Of a stretch of 64,000 nt of DNA, positions 22,570-34,842 are shown piece after piece. Each line of letters begins with the position of its first letter. Position 1 is the first letter of the stretch. The DNA is taken from NCBI GenBank assembly GCA_900617105.1, contig UYFQ01000732.1, positions 62,001 to 126,000 on the forward strand. The letters run 5' to 3'. The position numbers and the translations under genes are program-made. The DNA comes from Hydrurus foetidus (taxonomy: Eukaryota). The notes below the pieces were generated by a model. That model did no database searches, was not told the origin of the DNA, and saw only the letters and a list, made by a program, of their open reading frames with translations.

Positions 22570-23423
22570 TGAAACTCTGTGGATTTGACATTGGCCTGGA
22601 GCACCGCATCTTCCTGATTGCAGGCCCTTGCGTCATTGAATCCGAGCAGCTCCAGATGGACACTGCGGGCACCCTGAAAGAAATCACCAGCGCGCTGGGC
22701 ATTCCCTTCATATTCAAAAGCAGTTTTGACAAAGCCAACCGCTCCAGTGGCAGCACGTTCCGTGGTCCGGGCATCGACAAGGGCCTGGAGATTCTGGCCA
22801 AGGTCAGGCGTGAACTGGGTGTGCCAGTCCTGACGGACATCCACGACGAGTCACAAATCGCCCAGGTCGCGTCTGTGGTGGACGTGTTGCAGACTCCGGC
22901 TTTCCTGTGCCGCCAGACCGATTTCATTCGCGCCGTCGCCCAAAGCGGCAAGCCCGTGAATATCAAGAAGGGGCAGTTCCTGGCCCCCGGCGACATGAAA
23001 AATGTCATCGACAAAGCCCGTGCTGCCGCCAAAGAAGCCGGTTTGCCCGAAGACAACTTCATGGCCTGCGAACGCGGTGCCAGCTTTGGCTACAACAACC
23101 TGGTGAGCGACATGCGCAGCCTGGCCATCATGCGCGACACCGGTGCCCCCGTGGTGTTCGACGCCACGCACTCGGTGCAGTTACCCGGTGGCCAAGGTAC
23201 CAGCAGCGGTGGCCAGCGAGAGATGGTGCCCGTGCTGGCCCGTGCCGCCGTAGCGGTCGGCGTGGCAGGCCTGTTCATGGAAACCCACCCGGACCCCTCC
23301 AAAGCCATGAGCGATGGCCCCAACGCGGTGCCGCTGCGCCACATGAAGGCCTTGCTGGAAACCTTGGTTGCGTTAGATTTCGTAACCAAAAAAACTCCGT
23401 TCCTGGAGAACAGTTTCCAGTAG
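22569..23423 (+). CDS. kdsA: KDO8P synthase
   Basis: [31 protein letters not shown] overlaps the pyrG TAA. Confidence 0.97.
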
Positions 23424-23474
23424 CCACGCGCATGATCCAGTCTGCCGTTTTTGTTTGTGTGTTTTTGAACTTGA

Positions 23475-24767
<1,293 letters not shown>

Positions 24768-24791
24768 AGCGCACCCCGGCGCCCTACCACG

Positions 24792-25070
24792 GTGATGAGC
24801 AACCGACTTGTCCCAGCTGCGTTGATCGCGTTGTTGGTCATCTTGCACGCTCAGCTGTGGTTTGGGCGCGGTAGCGTCCCCAATGTGTCTCGGCTGGCCA
24901 GCCAGCTGGACGCCCAGAAGCAGCACAACGCCCAGGCTGCTTTGGCCAACGAGCGCTTGGTTGCCGAAATTAACGACCTGCGCGAAGGTCTGGAGATCGT
25001 GGAAGAAAAAGCCCGCTCTGAATTGGGCATGGTGAAAGCCAACGAGATTTACGTCCAAGTGGCCCACTAG
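24792..25070 (+). CDS. ftsB: Cell division protein FtsB
   Basis: TM helix, LWFG, coiled coil, EEKARSELGMVK; follows eno. Confidence 0.92.
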   Translation: MMSNRLVPAALIALLVILHAQLWFGRGSVPNVSRLASQLDAQKQHNAQAALANERLVAEINDLREGLEIVEEKARSELGMVKANEIYVQVAH

Positions 25071-25084
25071 CCCCCCGTTGCCGT

Positions 25085-25720
25085 ATGAAAATTGGCATCC
25101 TGGGCGCTGAATGCAGCGGCAAGTCCACGCTGGCCCATGCGTTGGTCACCCCGCTGGCAGCCACTTACCCGGACATCTCCGTCATCGACGAGTACCTGCG
25201 TACTTGGTGCGCAGAACACGGACGCCCACCCCAAGCCCATGAGCAGGCCCATGTGGCCCATACGCAGGCACTGCGCATCCGGCAAGCCGCGTCAGCCTGT
25301 GTCATTGCGGACACCACGCCGCTGGTCACTGCGGTCTATAGCGACGTGCTGTTCAACGACCCCACGCTCTACCCCGAGGCCATAGCCTTCCAGCGGACCT
25401 TGGATGTGACGCTACTTATGGGGTTGGACATCGCCTGGGTGGCAGATGGCATACAACGCGATGGCATGGCCATGCAGCAACGTATCGATACACGCCTGCG
25501 CGAAACGCTGCTCGCACACCAATTGCCCTTTGCCAGCGTCTATGGCCAGGGCGACGAACGTACCGTAGCCGCACTGACCGCCATCACCCACACAAACACC
25601 AAACACCGCGCGCAACAGGGCACTGGCCAGCCCTGGGTATGGGTGTGCGACACCTGCTCCGATGCCGCCTGCGAACACCGGCTGTTCCGCCGGCTCACGC
25701 AAGGTTCAGTGGGTCTCTGA
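25085..25720 (+). CDS. NadR-like P-loop ATP-binding protein (AAA_28)
   Basis: GAECSGKST, DTTPL, WVADGIQRD. Confidence 0.85.
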   Translation: MKIGILGAECSGKSTLAHALVTPLAATYPDISVIDEYLRTWCAEHGRPPQAHEQAHVAHTQALRIRQAASACVIADTTPLVTAVYSDVLFNDPTLYPEAIAFQRTLDVTLLMGLDIAWVADGIQRDGMAMQQRIDTRLRETLLAHQLPFASVYGQGDERTVAALTAITHTNTKHRAQQGTGQPWVWVCDTCSDAACEHRLFRRLTQGSVGL

Positions 25721-26695
25721 GCCGCCCACTACACGCTGGACGGGCTCGGCGAACAACTCTGCCGCATCGACCGGGTCAAACCGGTACTGCACACCACAGA
25801 ACTCGCACGCGACTTCGATGTTGTCGCGCTCGGTCAGGATACTTTCTACTTCTTCGCGCCCCAAGCCCACGATCATTCTCGCTACCCGCTCGCGGCTGCA
25901 ACTGCAGACAAACCGCGGAGCTGTCTCTCCCTCCAACGGCTCGAAGCGAACCAACTGCTCTTCCCAGAACAGGCGACGCAAAATCGTGTCCACATCCAGA
26001 GTGAGCAGCTCCTCGCGCTTGAGGCTGCTGGCCAGCATGGCAATGCGGTTGTAGTGTTCGTTCACACCAATGGCGTCTTCGTTCTCTTTGGACACCATGC
26101 TGCCCGACAGATTGCCCTGGCCAGCCATTGGCAGCCGCTGGATCAACAAGCCTGCCGCCACCTTGTCATCGGCAGCCAGCACCAGCGTGGTGTCGAGCTG
26201 CTCACTCTGCAGCATGTAGTGCTCCAGCACCTCGCTGAGTTTTTCAATCGACTCGCCATGGTCGTCAAACAGGGGCACCACACCTTGGTAGGGCTGCTGC
26301 CCAGGGAACTTGGTCTTCGGATCCAGCGTGATAGCGCAGCGGCCCTGGTTGCTGGCATTCACCATCTGGCTCAGGGTCAGGTCGGAAGCCATGTCGCCCG
26401 CCACGGTGGCGGTGGCACGCAAAGTCAGGTCCGCTTGCACTTCCACCACGGCCACCTTCACAGGACCGTCACCAAAAATCTGCAGCACCAGGGCGCCATC
26501 AAATTTGATGTTGGACTGCATCAGCGTCGCCGCGGCGGTCATCTCACCCAGCATTTCCTGCACGGGAACCGAGTAGGCCCCGGTCACCGAGTTGGACGCC
26601 CTGCGCCGCAGGATCTCCACCCAGGCATCGGTCAACCGCACGATGGCTCCGCGCACGGGCAAACCATCAAACAAAAACTTGTGCAGTTCAGACAT
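25706..26695 (-). CDS. hslO: Hsp33 redox chaperone
   Basis: QSEQ, CSCS and CEFC zinc motifs. Confidence 0.95.
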   Translation of the reverse strand: MSELHKFLFDGLPVRGAIVRLTDAWVEILRRRASNSVTGAYSVPVQEMLGEMTAAATLMQSNIKFDGALVLQIFGDGPVKVAVVEVQADLTLRATATVAGDMASDLTLSQMVNASNQGRCAITLDPKTKFPGQQPYQGVVPLFDDHGESIEKLSEVLEHYMLQSEQLDTTLVLAADDKVAAGLLIQRLPMAGQGNLSGSMVSKENEDAIGVNEHYNRIAMLASSLKREELLTLDVDTILRRLFWEEQLVRFEPLEGETAPRFVCSCSRERVARMIVGLGREEVESILTERDNIEVACEFCGVQYRFDPVDAAELFAEPVQRVVGGSETH

Positions 26696-26735
26696 GCACG
26701 TCTCCAGTCAAGCCAGGCCTCAGCGGCCCAGCGGG

Positions 26736-27260
26736 TTAAGCAATTTTCTTGAGTCCGTTTTTAAAACGCTGGGCGTTCTCAACGTAGTGCAGTGCACTCG
26801 TGCGCAGGCCCGCCTGCTGTTCGGGTGAGAGCTCGCGCACGGCTTTGGCAGGGCTGCCCAGGATCATGGAGCCATCGGGAAATTCCTTGCCCTCCGTCAC
26901 CAGCGATCCGGCGCCCACAATGCAGCCCTTGCCGATCTTGGCGCCATTGAGCACGATGGCGCCAATGCCAATCAGCGAGCCATCGCCCACGGTGCAGCCA
27001 TGCAGCATGACCTGGTGCCCCACGGTCACGTTCTCGCCAATGGTCAGCGGCATGCCGATGTCGGCGTGCAGCACGCTGGCATCCTGGATGTTGGAGCCTT
27101 TGCCGATGCGGATGGTCTCGGTATCACCACGCACCACGGCACCGAACCAGACACTGGCGTCATCGGCCAACTCGACATTGCCCATCACCTGGGCACTGTC
27201 AGCCACCCAGGCCGAGGCTGCAACACGCGGCGCTATCCCATCAAGTTCATAAATGGCCAT
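26736..27260 (-). CDS. Gamma-carbonic anhydrase family protein
   Basis: Hexapeptide repeats; RGD, NIQD, LH, VGH, LHGC. Confidence 0.93.
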   Translation of the reverse strand: MAIYELDGIAPRVAASAWVADSAQVMGNVELADDASVWFGAVVRGDTETIRIGKGSNIQDASVLHADIGMPLTIGENVTVGHQVMLHGCTVGDGSLIGIGAIVLNGAKIGKGCIVGAGSLVTEGKEFPDGSMILGSPAKAVRELSPEQQAGLRTSALHYVENAQRFKNGLKKIA

Positions 27261-27301
27261 GTTTGTACTTTCAGATGCGCGCAAAACCTAGAATTGTAGA
27301 G

Positions 27302-28099
27302 ATGGAACTCCGACACCGCGCGCTGCACGCCTTTTGCCTGACCGATGCGCTTGAAAAGGCCGATGCCACCCAAGCACTATGGACAAACGCTGCGAACCTC
27401 CCACTGGACACCGTGGTGGCATTCCCGTGGCCAGAACAGCCAGGACGTCCCCTTCGCCCCGAGCAGGTTGACCCAAAGGATGTGCCGCGCCGTACACCTT
27501 TCACCGCAGAAGGCCACGCGGCCCTCATGCATTCCATTGCCCATATCGAATTCAACGCCGTCAACCTAGCCCTCGATGCCGTCTGGCGCTTTCCGGGCAT
27601 GCCGCCCGCGTACTACCTGGACTGGCTGCGCGTTGCCCAGGAAGAAGCCACGCATTTCAAACTGCTGCACACCCATCTGCAGGCCTGCGGCTACGACTAT
27701 GGAAGTTTTGCGGCCCATGACGGCCTGTGGACTGTGTGTCAGCACACCCGCCACGATGTAGTGGCCCGCATGGCCCTGGTGCCGCGCACCATGGAAGCCC
27801 GCGGCCTCGACGCCATTCCGCTGATACAGACCAAGCTGCGCAAAGTGGGCACGCCACAGGCGCTGCAAGCGATGGCCGTACTGGACGTGATTTTGGAAGA
27901 AGAGGTGGGCCACGTGGCCATCGGCAACCAGTGGTACCACTGGCTTTGTAAACAAAATGGGCTGGAACCCGGCGCGTTCTATGCGCATGCTGCTATCAAA
28001 CATGCAGCACCGCGCCCCAAGCCGCCGTTCAATCTGGAGGCCCGCAAACGGGCCGGTTTCTCGGATGCAGAGATGCAAGCCTTGCTGGACGGCGCTTGA
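27302..28099 (+). CDS. Ferritin-like protein (DUF455)
   Basis: HSIAHIEFNAVNLALD, EEATHF, EARGLD, EEVGHV. Confidence 0.9.
   Translation: MELRHRALHAFCLTDALEKADATQALWTNAANLPLDTVVAFPWPEQPGRPLRPEQVDPKDVPRRTPFTAEGHAALMHSIAHIEFNAVNLALDAVWRFPGMPPAYYLDWLRVAQEEATHFKLLHTHLQACGYDYGSFAAHDGLWTVCQHTRHDVVARMALVPRTMEARGLDAIPLIQTKLRKVGTPQALQAMAVLDVILEEEVGHVAIGNQWYHWLCKQNGLEPGAFYAHAAIKHAAPRPKPPFNLEARKRAGFSDAEMQALLDGA
27945..28009 (-). repeat. Fixed-spacing repeat, copy 4 (inside the DUF455 gene, degenerate)
   Basis: Reverse complement GCTG-CATGTTTGA-TAGC-AGCAT-GCGCA with the CTAG box degenerate and an AT-rich tail. Confidence 0.6.
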
Positions 28100-28145
28100 A
28101 CCACAACGCCACGTCTAGAATGCCCTGAACACCGCTCTGCGCACC

Positions 28146-29393
28146 ATGTCCGACTCTGCCATCTCCGCTCCCAGCCCCACCACAGCGCCCATCGCCATTG
28201 CCCGCCAGGCGATTCTGGATGCCCAGCGCATGGTGTTTGGCTACGAACTGTTCGACCGCTCCGTGCGAGCCGACCACCACACCGCCTCCAGCGATGCGCA
28301 ACTGCTGTTCAACCTGCTGTCCATGGCGGAGAACCAGCCTTTGATGGACCGCAAGACCCTGTTCGTCAACTGCACGCATGACAGCCTGGCAGGTGGTCAC
28401 CTGGAGCTTGTCGCCCCTGACCACATCGTGCTGGAAATTCCGCCGTTGTCCGTTTCGCAGGTGGACCAGATCAAAACCCGCTTCCCCACCTTGCAGACCA
28501 TCCGCGACCGTGGTTTTCGGCTGGCGTTTGATTACTCGGTACTCACACGCTCTTACGAAGACTGGCTGCCTCTGGCGTCTTTCATCAAGTTTGATCTGTC
28601 CGTCCTCAAACCCCAGGCTGTGGCCTCGTTTGTCAAACTGGCGCGGACCAAATCCAGCGCCCAGCTGATTGCAGAAAAAGTCGAGACCGCCCAGCAGCAC
28701 GCAATGCTGCAAGAGCTGGGCATCACCCTGTTTCAGGGCTACTGGTTTGCCAAGCCCGTGTTGGTCGAAGGCCAGACCATCCGGCCCACACAAGCCACCA
28801 TCCTGCAACTCATCAACCTGGTGCGCAAGCAGGCCAGCACCAACGAGATCGAGGAAGTGCTCAAGCGCGACCCTACTCTGTCGTTCAACCTGCTGCGCTT
28901 TATCAACTCGGCAGGTTTTGGTCTGCGCACCGAAGTCACTTCGTTCAAGCACGCGGTCATGTTGCTGGGGCTCAACAAATTGTTCAAGTGGGCGGCCCTG
29001 CTACTCACCACATCCCAGGCAGGCGACACGCCACCGGCGGTGGGCACTACCGCCGTGGTGCGGGGACGGCTCATGGAGTTACTGGCGGGCGAAACCCTGC
29101 CCGCCGATGAATGCGACAACGCGTTTGTGGTGGGCGTGTTCTCGCTGCTGGACACACTGCTGGGCATTCCCATGCCCGCCGCCCTGGCAACGCTGACGCT
29201 GCCAGACACCGTCACCAACGCCCTGCTCTACCGCACCGGCCCGCTGGCAGCTTATCTGTCCTTGACCGAAGCCTGTGAGACGGGTGACGACGCCACATTC
29301 GCCCAAACCACCACGGCCCTGGGCCTGAGCAGCAACCAGGTCAACTGGGCCCACCTGCAGGCGCTGGCCTGGGCCGAAACCCTGCTCGACTAA
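28146..29393 (+). CDS. EAL-HDOD domain protein
   Basis: ARQAI, GYELF, AEKVET, FQGYWF, LLRFINSA, VGVFSLLD. Confidence 0.92.
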   Translation: MSDSAISAPSPTTAPIAIARQAILDAQRMVFGYELFDRSVRADHHTASSDAQLLFNLLSMAENQPLMDRKTLFVNCTHDSLAGGHLELVAPDHIVLEIPPLSVSQVDQIKTRFPTLQTIRDRGFRLAFDYSVLTRSYEDWLPLASFIKFDLSVLKPQAVASFVKLARTKSSAQLIAEKVETAQQHAMLQELGITLFQGYWFAKPVLVEGQTIRPTQATILQLINLVRKQASTNEIEEVLKRDPTLSFNLLRFINSAGFGLRTEVTSFKHAVMLLGLNKLFKWAALLLTTSQAGDTPPAVGTTAVVRGRLMELLAGETLPADECDNAFVVGVFSLLDTLLGIPMPAALATLTLPDTVTNALLYRTGPLAAYLSLTEACETGDDATFAQTTTALGLSSNQVNWAHLQALAWAETLLD

Positions 29394-29410
29394 ACCCGCG
29401 TGCGGTTAGC

Positions 29411-31942
29411 CGCGTATTCCGGGCGAACTGACCACCCGCGCCGGCATCAATTGACCCGTACGGGAAATGCGCTGGCGGGCGTTGACCACGACTGTGACCG
29501 GCTGTTGAAGGCCAGTAGCGGACTTTTCTGGCGCTCCATAGCTGACATCAATCACCACACAATTGGTGTGCGGCAATTGCATTAAAGGTGCTTAGCTCTG
29601 AGCGTACTAGGGCAACCATTTAGACATAGGTATCGCATACAAACGACTTGCCGCCAGATTTTGACTTGCTTTTTGATGCCCCAGAAAGCGGATTTCCGAG
29701 CTGGCTACATCCCATTGCATGGGTTTATTAGTGTACGGATCGTTGAATTCCTCGGGCAGACTGCGTAACGTCTCCGGGATGCTAGCAAGTGGTATATCTT
29801 TGTTTGCGAGTCTTAACTGCAATGCAAGCAATCGGATGTGGCCATTCAAGTCATGATGCTTTTCGATGATCCCAAAATAGTCGGCACTATAGAAATTTGC
29901 TTGGCTCAGTATTTTTCCTATCGGATTGACGGGGTGAAAATTTGCCAAGATTCCAAACTCATTGGCAGCACTGAGTTTCAAGCCTGTCCTCTCAACCTCT
30001 GCGTCATAGGTGTCGGCTGAGGACTTCGCCAAATGGATATATTTTTCAAACTCCGTGAAGATTAGATTTTCAGTAGCTTTCGGCATAGCAAAGAGCCGAG
30101 CGACAAACCGGGGCCACCACCTTACGGTTGGCGAATTCAACATTTCCCGTATTGGCCGTAGAACTCTCGCCCGCTCATCTTCGAAGGCTCTTTCCACGCT
30201 GAATTCGGAACCGGCAACAGGGTCTGCGAGCGGCTGCAGTTCTTGAATGTATTTGCTTACGATAGAGGGGTACTTTTGTACAACCTCGCTGATGAACCGC
30301 AAGTCCTTATTCACCATTCCCACTGCGATCAGGTAGCTGTAACGTGTTGTTGCTTGTTGAAGCACTCGCCTTGAGAACAGGGCGTTACTTACCAAGTGTT
30401 GAATGCCCTCGGTGTACTTGCCATCCGCCAGCTCAAATAGGGCCATTGCCCTAACCAGATCCGAACCGTCTGTGAGATACCGCCAGTTTGTGCCTCCCAA
30501 TTGCGTGAGCGGTGTCACTACAACTTCAAATCGCGTTGAACCCGCAATCAATCTTAAACGCTGCTCTAGGGTCGAAATCTGGGGCGACGCGTTCGCGATC
30601 GAAGACCGGATACTGAGGTAGTGCTCAACACAATTTTGTTTTGAATAGTCGCAGAGATATTTTGTGAACGCTGTAGCGGGCATGACATTCGTAGAGTCGC
30701 CTGCGAGAAGCTGACCATCACGCCTTCGTTTTTCGTATTCATTCAATTGCGATTGCAATATGGCTTTGCCTACAGCCGCAGGATCAACATCGGGCGCGGC
30801 ATCTTGACCCAAAAGCACGATGTAGCCGTTGTCGTCAAACGCGGTTGGCGATGGTGCCCATTCAAAGACTTTGGCCACCTCTGGACGCAGTGCTTCATCC
30901 TTCCAATTGATGGCTACCAGAATCAATAGCGCAGTAATGACCAGCCCGAGCAGTGCCACGAACAGGTATACGAGCCACTTGAGTACGTAGCGCACCAACT
31001 TCTTTATCTTCGTAAGCGGTGTTCCTTCCATCACCCCTTCTGCGCGGATCACAACGCTATTTGTAAGGTAGTCGTGCAGGGTTTGATGTCTTTTCGTAAA
31101 CGGTTGAATTAGGTCGCCAACCAACCCTATGCCTGGCACTGAGTGGATGAAAGCACGCAGGGCCGCTCTGCAGTAGCTCAGGCGAGAAGCGTCGGTTCTA
31201 ACCACTTTGATTGAAAACAGGCGCTTTCCAAAACTGGCTGAGTATCGACCGGACTCTTGGAATCCAAAATAGATTGGACCAAACAGCGCAATGACTACAA
31301 CTAAAGCCACAAGCTGCCCAACCGGATCGGGTATGTGCATAGTCCAGTCTCCGCCAGGGAGCACTTGAAAGTTCATTTGTTCAAACAAACTCCAAGTCCA
31401 CATTTGTATTGCGAGCCACAAAGTGAAAGTGAATACGACGCTGTCCACTGCCAAGGCTGCCACTCTCCGCCACCATTGCGCATAGGCTGCGTTCGGTTCG
31501 ACGTACGACGCAGCCACAGTTTCTATAGATGGGGGCTTTACGTCCATATGGCGAATAACCTAAAGTAATGTATTGTTAATACGGTTTGGTTTGCCGTTCG
31601 AATTGCGCATCATGCCAGAAGCATTTGCCCAGAGTGCCCAGCTTTAGTCACACAAACTCTATGACTTATGACGGTGATGGAGTGTCTAGTGAATCACTTG
31701 GGAGGGGAGGTGCAAGCGTGCGAAACGACGAAACTACAACCCACTGGGTCACGCGCTCGAACGGCCGGTTTCGCGGCAGTCCAGCCGGTCGCCAGCACAT
31801 GCGGAATGAGAACATACCCGCCATGGTGGTGATCGAGCGCTAGCGCGTGCAACTGGCCATTGACCCGCGCACGTTGCTGGTCAGCAGCAGCAGGGTGGTC
31901 AGCCTTTGCCGGAACGGTGTTCAGTGGTTGCCACCATACGCA
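29411..31942. mobile_element. Degenerate IS21-like ends enclosing a passenger gene (no transposase)
   Basis: Left end CGCGTATTCCGGGCGAACTGACCACC..CCGGCA..TGACC; right end (rc) TGCGTATGGTGGCAACCACTGAACACC..CCGGCA..TGACC; flanks TTAGC / CTAGC. Confidence 0.55.
29607..31547 (-). CDS. RDD-domain membrane protein fused to a large extracytoplasmic domain
   Basis: YAQWWRRVAALAVD, SFGKRLFSIKVV, QTLHDYLTNSVV; visibly more AT-rich than its neighbours. Confidence 0.85.
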   Translation of the reverse strand: MDVKPPSIETVAASYVEPNAAYAQWWRRVAALAVDSVVFTFTLWLAIQMWTWSLFEQMNFQVLPGGDWTMHIPDPVGQLVALVVVIALFGPIYFGFQESGRYSASFGKRLFSIKVVRTDASRLSYCRAALRAFIHSVPGIGLVGDLIQPFTKRHQTLHDYLTNSVVIRAEGVMEGTPLTKIKKLVRYVLKWLVYLFVALLGLVITALLILVAINWKDEALRPEVAKVFEWAPSPTAFDDNGYIVLLGQDAAPDVDPAAVGKAILQSQLNEYEKRRRDGQLLAGDSTNVMPATAFTKYLCDYSKQNCVEHYLSIRSSIANASPQISTLEQRLRLIAGSTRFEVVVTPLTQLGGTNWRYLTDGSDLVRAMALFELADGKYTEGIQHLVSNALFSRRVLQQATTRYSYLIAVGMVNKDLRFISEVVQKYPSIVSKYIQELQPLADPVAGSEFSVERAFEDERARVLRPIREMLNSPTVRWWPRFVARLFAMPKATENLIFTEFEKYIHLAKSSADTYDAEVERTGLKLSAANEFGILANFHPVNPIGKILSQANFYSADYFGIIEKHHDLNGHIRLLALQLRLANKDIPLASIPETLRSLPEEFNDPYTNKPMQWDVASSEIRFLGHQKASQNLAASRLYAIPMSKWLP

Positions 31943-32851
31943 CTAGCCGCGCGGGTGGTGCTGGGCGTGCAAAGCCGCCAAGCGTTCCCGTGCGACATGG
32001 GTGTAAATGGTGGTGGTGGAAATATCTGCATGGCCCAGCAGCATTTGCACGGAGCGCAAATCCGCACCGTGGTTCAGCAAATGGGTGGCAAAGGCATGGC
32101 GCAAGATGTGCGGTGACATGGGCGCGCGTATGCCTGCCGCCAGCGCGTACTTTTTCACGATGCCCCAGAACATCACCCGTGACATGGCCGTGCCTGCCTG
32201 CGCGCCGCGCGAAGTGATGAACAAATCCTGGGTCTGCTTGGGGCCCAACAACTCCGCGCGAGCCTGGCCCAAGTACCGCTGCAGCCACTGCGCTGCCACT
32301 TCGCCAAACGGTACTAGGCGCTCCTTCGATCCCTTGCCCAGCACCCGCAGCACGCCCTCGTTCAGGCCCAGGTTCAGCGTGCGCAGCGTCACCAGTTCGG
32401 TAACCCGCAAACCGCTTGCGTACATCAGTTCCAGCATGGTGCGGTCGCGCACGCCCAGCGCCGTGCCCGTGTCGGGCGCGGCCAACAGGGCTTCTACCTG
32501 GGCTTCGGTCAGGGTTTTGGGCACCCGCAAGGCCTGCTTGGCGGCCTGCAGTTTGAGTGTGGGGTCGGCGGCCACCATCCCCTCACGCAGAGCCCAGCGA
32601 AAGAAGCGCCGAAACACCGTCAAGCGCCGGTTGGCCGTGGTGGCTTTGGTGTGCGCATGCTGCGCCCCAAAGTAAGCCTGGATGTCATGTTCCTGCACCT
32701 CCGTCAGGCTGCGCCCCTGCAGCGACTGGGCAAACAGCGTCAGGTCACGCCGGTAGGCCTGCAAGGTATTTTTGGACAAGCCCTCTTCCAGCCAGAGGGC
32801 ATCAATGAAGGCGTCGACCGACGCCGTATCGGCCATCGCAGCAGCGGTCAT
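31943..32851 (-). CDS. xerD: Site-specific tyrosine recombinase XerD
   Basis: [48 protein letters not shown]-terminal HHPRG. Confidence 0.96.
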   Translation of the reverse strand: MTAAAMADTASVDAFIDALWLEEGLSKNTLQAYRRDLTLFAQSLQGRSLTEVQEHDIQAYFGAQHAHTKATTANRRLTVFRRFFRWALREGMVAADPTLKLQAAKQALRVPKTLTEAQVEALLAAPDTGTALGVRDRTMLELMYASGLRVTELVTLRTLNLGLNEGVLRVLGKGSKERLVPFGEVAAQWLQRYLGQARAELLGPKQTQDLFITSRGAQAGTAMSRVMFWGIVKKYALAAGIRAPMSPHILRHAFATHLLNHGADLRSVQMLLGHADISTTTIYTHVARERLAALHAQHHPRG

Positions 32852-33807
32852 TCCAGGTGCAATTTGGCGGACTCCACCACTTTTTTGTACACGTCAAACT
32901 CAGCCTTGATCTGCGCGGTGAACTGCTCCGGCGTATTGCCCACCACCAGAGAGCCGGTTTCTTCAATGCGCTTCTTCACCGCCGGGTCTTCCAGTACCTT
33001 GCGCACGGCGGCGTTGATCTTGTCCACCACCTCGCGGGGCAAGCCCTTGGGGCCATAGATGCCGTAGAAGGCCATGCGGTTGGCCGGCTCCAGCCCCACT
33101 TCCTTGAACGTGGGCACATTGGGCAACTGCGCCAGCCGCTGCGGCGCAGCCACCACGATGGGGACCAGCTTGTTGGCATTGATGAAGGGCATGGCCGATG
33201 GCATGTTGTCAAAAATCATGGGCACCTGGCCCGCCACCGTATCGTTAAGCGCGGGGCCCGCACCGCGGTACGGGATGTGGGTGATAAAGGTGCCGGTCAG
33301 GCTCTTGAACAACTCGGTCTGCAAATGTCCGATACCGCCGGTGCCCGACGTGGCGTAGGAATACTTGCCCGGGTTGGCCTTGATCTCGGCCAGAAACCCC
33401 TTGTAGTCCTTGGCCGGAAAACTGGGGTGCACCGCAATCACATTGGGCGTGGCCGCAATGTTGATGATGGGCGTGAAGTCAGTCAGCGGGTTGTAGGGGT
33501 TCTTGGGGTTGATGGCCGGGTTGGCGGCCACCGTAGACACGGTGGCAATGCCCAGCGAATACCCGTCGGGCACGGCCTTGGCCGTTTCATTGGCGCCCAC
33601 CACACCGCCACCACCGGCCTTGTTCTCCACAATCACGCTCTGGCCCAGCACCTTGCCCAGCGGGTCGGCAATCACGCGGGCAATGATGTCAGTGGTGCCG
33701 CCGGGCGCAAAAGGCACCTGCAGCTTGATGACCTTGTTGGGGTAGCCCTGCGCCAGCGCAGCACTGGATGCGGCCACGAGGCCCATGGCGAACAGCAGAC
33801 GACGCAT
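32848..33807 (-). CDS. Bug/TctC tripartite tricarboxylate transporter substrate-binding protein
   Basis: [29 protein letters not shown]. Confidence 0.93.
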   Translation of the reverse strand: MRRLLFAMGLVAASSAALAQGYPNKVIKLQVPFAPGGTTDIIARVIADPLGKVLGQSVIVENKAGGGGVVGANETAKAVPDGYSLGIATVSTVAANPAINPKNPYNPLTDFTPIINIAATPNVIAVHPSFPAKDYKGFLAEIKANPGKYSYATSGTGGIGHLQTELFKSLTGTFITHIPYRGAGPALNDTVAGQVPMIFDNMPSAMPFINANKLVPIVVAAPQRLAQLPNVPTFKEVGLEPANRMAFYGIYGPKGLPREVVDKINAAVRKVLEDPAVKKRIEETGSLVVGNTPEQFTAQIKAEFDVYKKVVESAKLHLE

Positions 33808-33922
33808 GTGATTTCTCCTGTGGAATTGGCGGAATGGTACCCCCGCTCCATGGCGCCTGCCATGCTGATTTTCGCGTACGTGGAAACCCGGGTGCTTGCA
33901 CCCTGGCTGCTATCCTTGGCCT

Positions 33923-34834
33923 GTGAATTACGCCCAACTCCTTTTCCCTGATTTCTCCCTGATCTTGTGCGGCTACCTGGTGTGCCGCTACACCGCACTG
34001 AACCGGCCCGTGTGGGAGCAGGTGGAGTCGCTGGTGTACTACTTTCTGTTCCCGGTGTTGTTGTTCCAGTCCATTGTCAAAAGCCCGTTGGACCTGGGGG
34101 CTGCGTCCAGCCTGATTGGTGCGGGATGGGCCAGCGGCTTGGTGGGCATTGGCCTGGCCTATGCCATTCCCCATCTGCCCTGGCTGCGCACCCATGTGGA
34201 TGCGCGTGACCATGCCTCCAGCGCGCAGATTGCATTTCGTTTCAATTCCTTCATCGGCTTGGCCATTGCCGAGCGCCTGGCCGGCCCGCAGGGCTTGCAG
34301 CTGATCGCGGTGCTGATTGGCGTGTGCGTGCCCCTGTTCAATGTGGCCGCGGTGTGGCCCATGGCGCGGCATGCCCAGCGCGGCTTTGTGCGCGAACTGG
34401 TGCGCAACCCGCTGATCATCGCCACCGCCACCGGCTTGGCTGCCAACCTGCTGGGTTTTGCCATTCCCACCTGGCTGGAACCGACAGTCAACCGCCTGGG
34501 TGCGGCCTCGTTGGCGCTGGGGCTGATGGCCGCTGGGGCCGGCATGCAGCTGGGCGCGCTGGCGCGTGGCAAGGTGCTGGCAGTGGCGGTGATCGCCATT
34601 CGCCACCTGTTGACCCCCATTGCCGCCTGGGCCATTGCACACGCCCTAGGCCTGAGCCCGATTCAAACGACCATCCTGCTGGCCTTCACCGCCTTGCCCA
34701 CGGCCTCCAGCTGCTACGTGCTGGCCGCGCGCATGGGCTACGACGGCGCCTACGTGGCGGCGCTGGTGACCGTGTCGACCCTGATGGGCATGGTCAGCCT
34801 GTCCTTTGCGCTCGGGGTGCTGCGCGCGCTGTAG
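33923..34834 (+). CDS. AEC-family transporter
   Basis: VYYFLFP, RNPLI, LPTASS; many TM helices. Confidence 0.88.
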   Translation: MNYAQLLFPDFSLILCGYLVCRYTALNRPVWEQVESLVYYFLFPVLLFQSIVKSPLDLGAASSLIGAGWASGLVGIGLAYAIPHLPWLRTHVDARDHASSAQIAFRFNSFIGLAIAERLAGPQGLQLIAVLIGVCVPLFNVAAVWPMARHAQRGFVRELVRNPLIIATATGLAANLLGFAIPTWLEPTVNRLGAASLALGLMAAGAGMQLGALARGKVLAVAVIAIRHLLTPIAAWAIAHALGLSPIQTTILLAFTALPTASSCYVLAARMGYDGAYVAALVTVSTLMGMVSLSFALGVLRAL

Positions 34835-34842
34835 CGGGCCGC

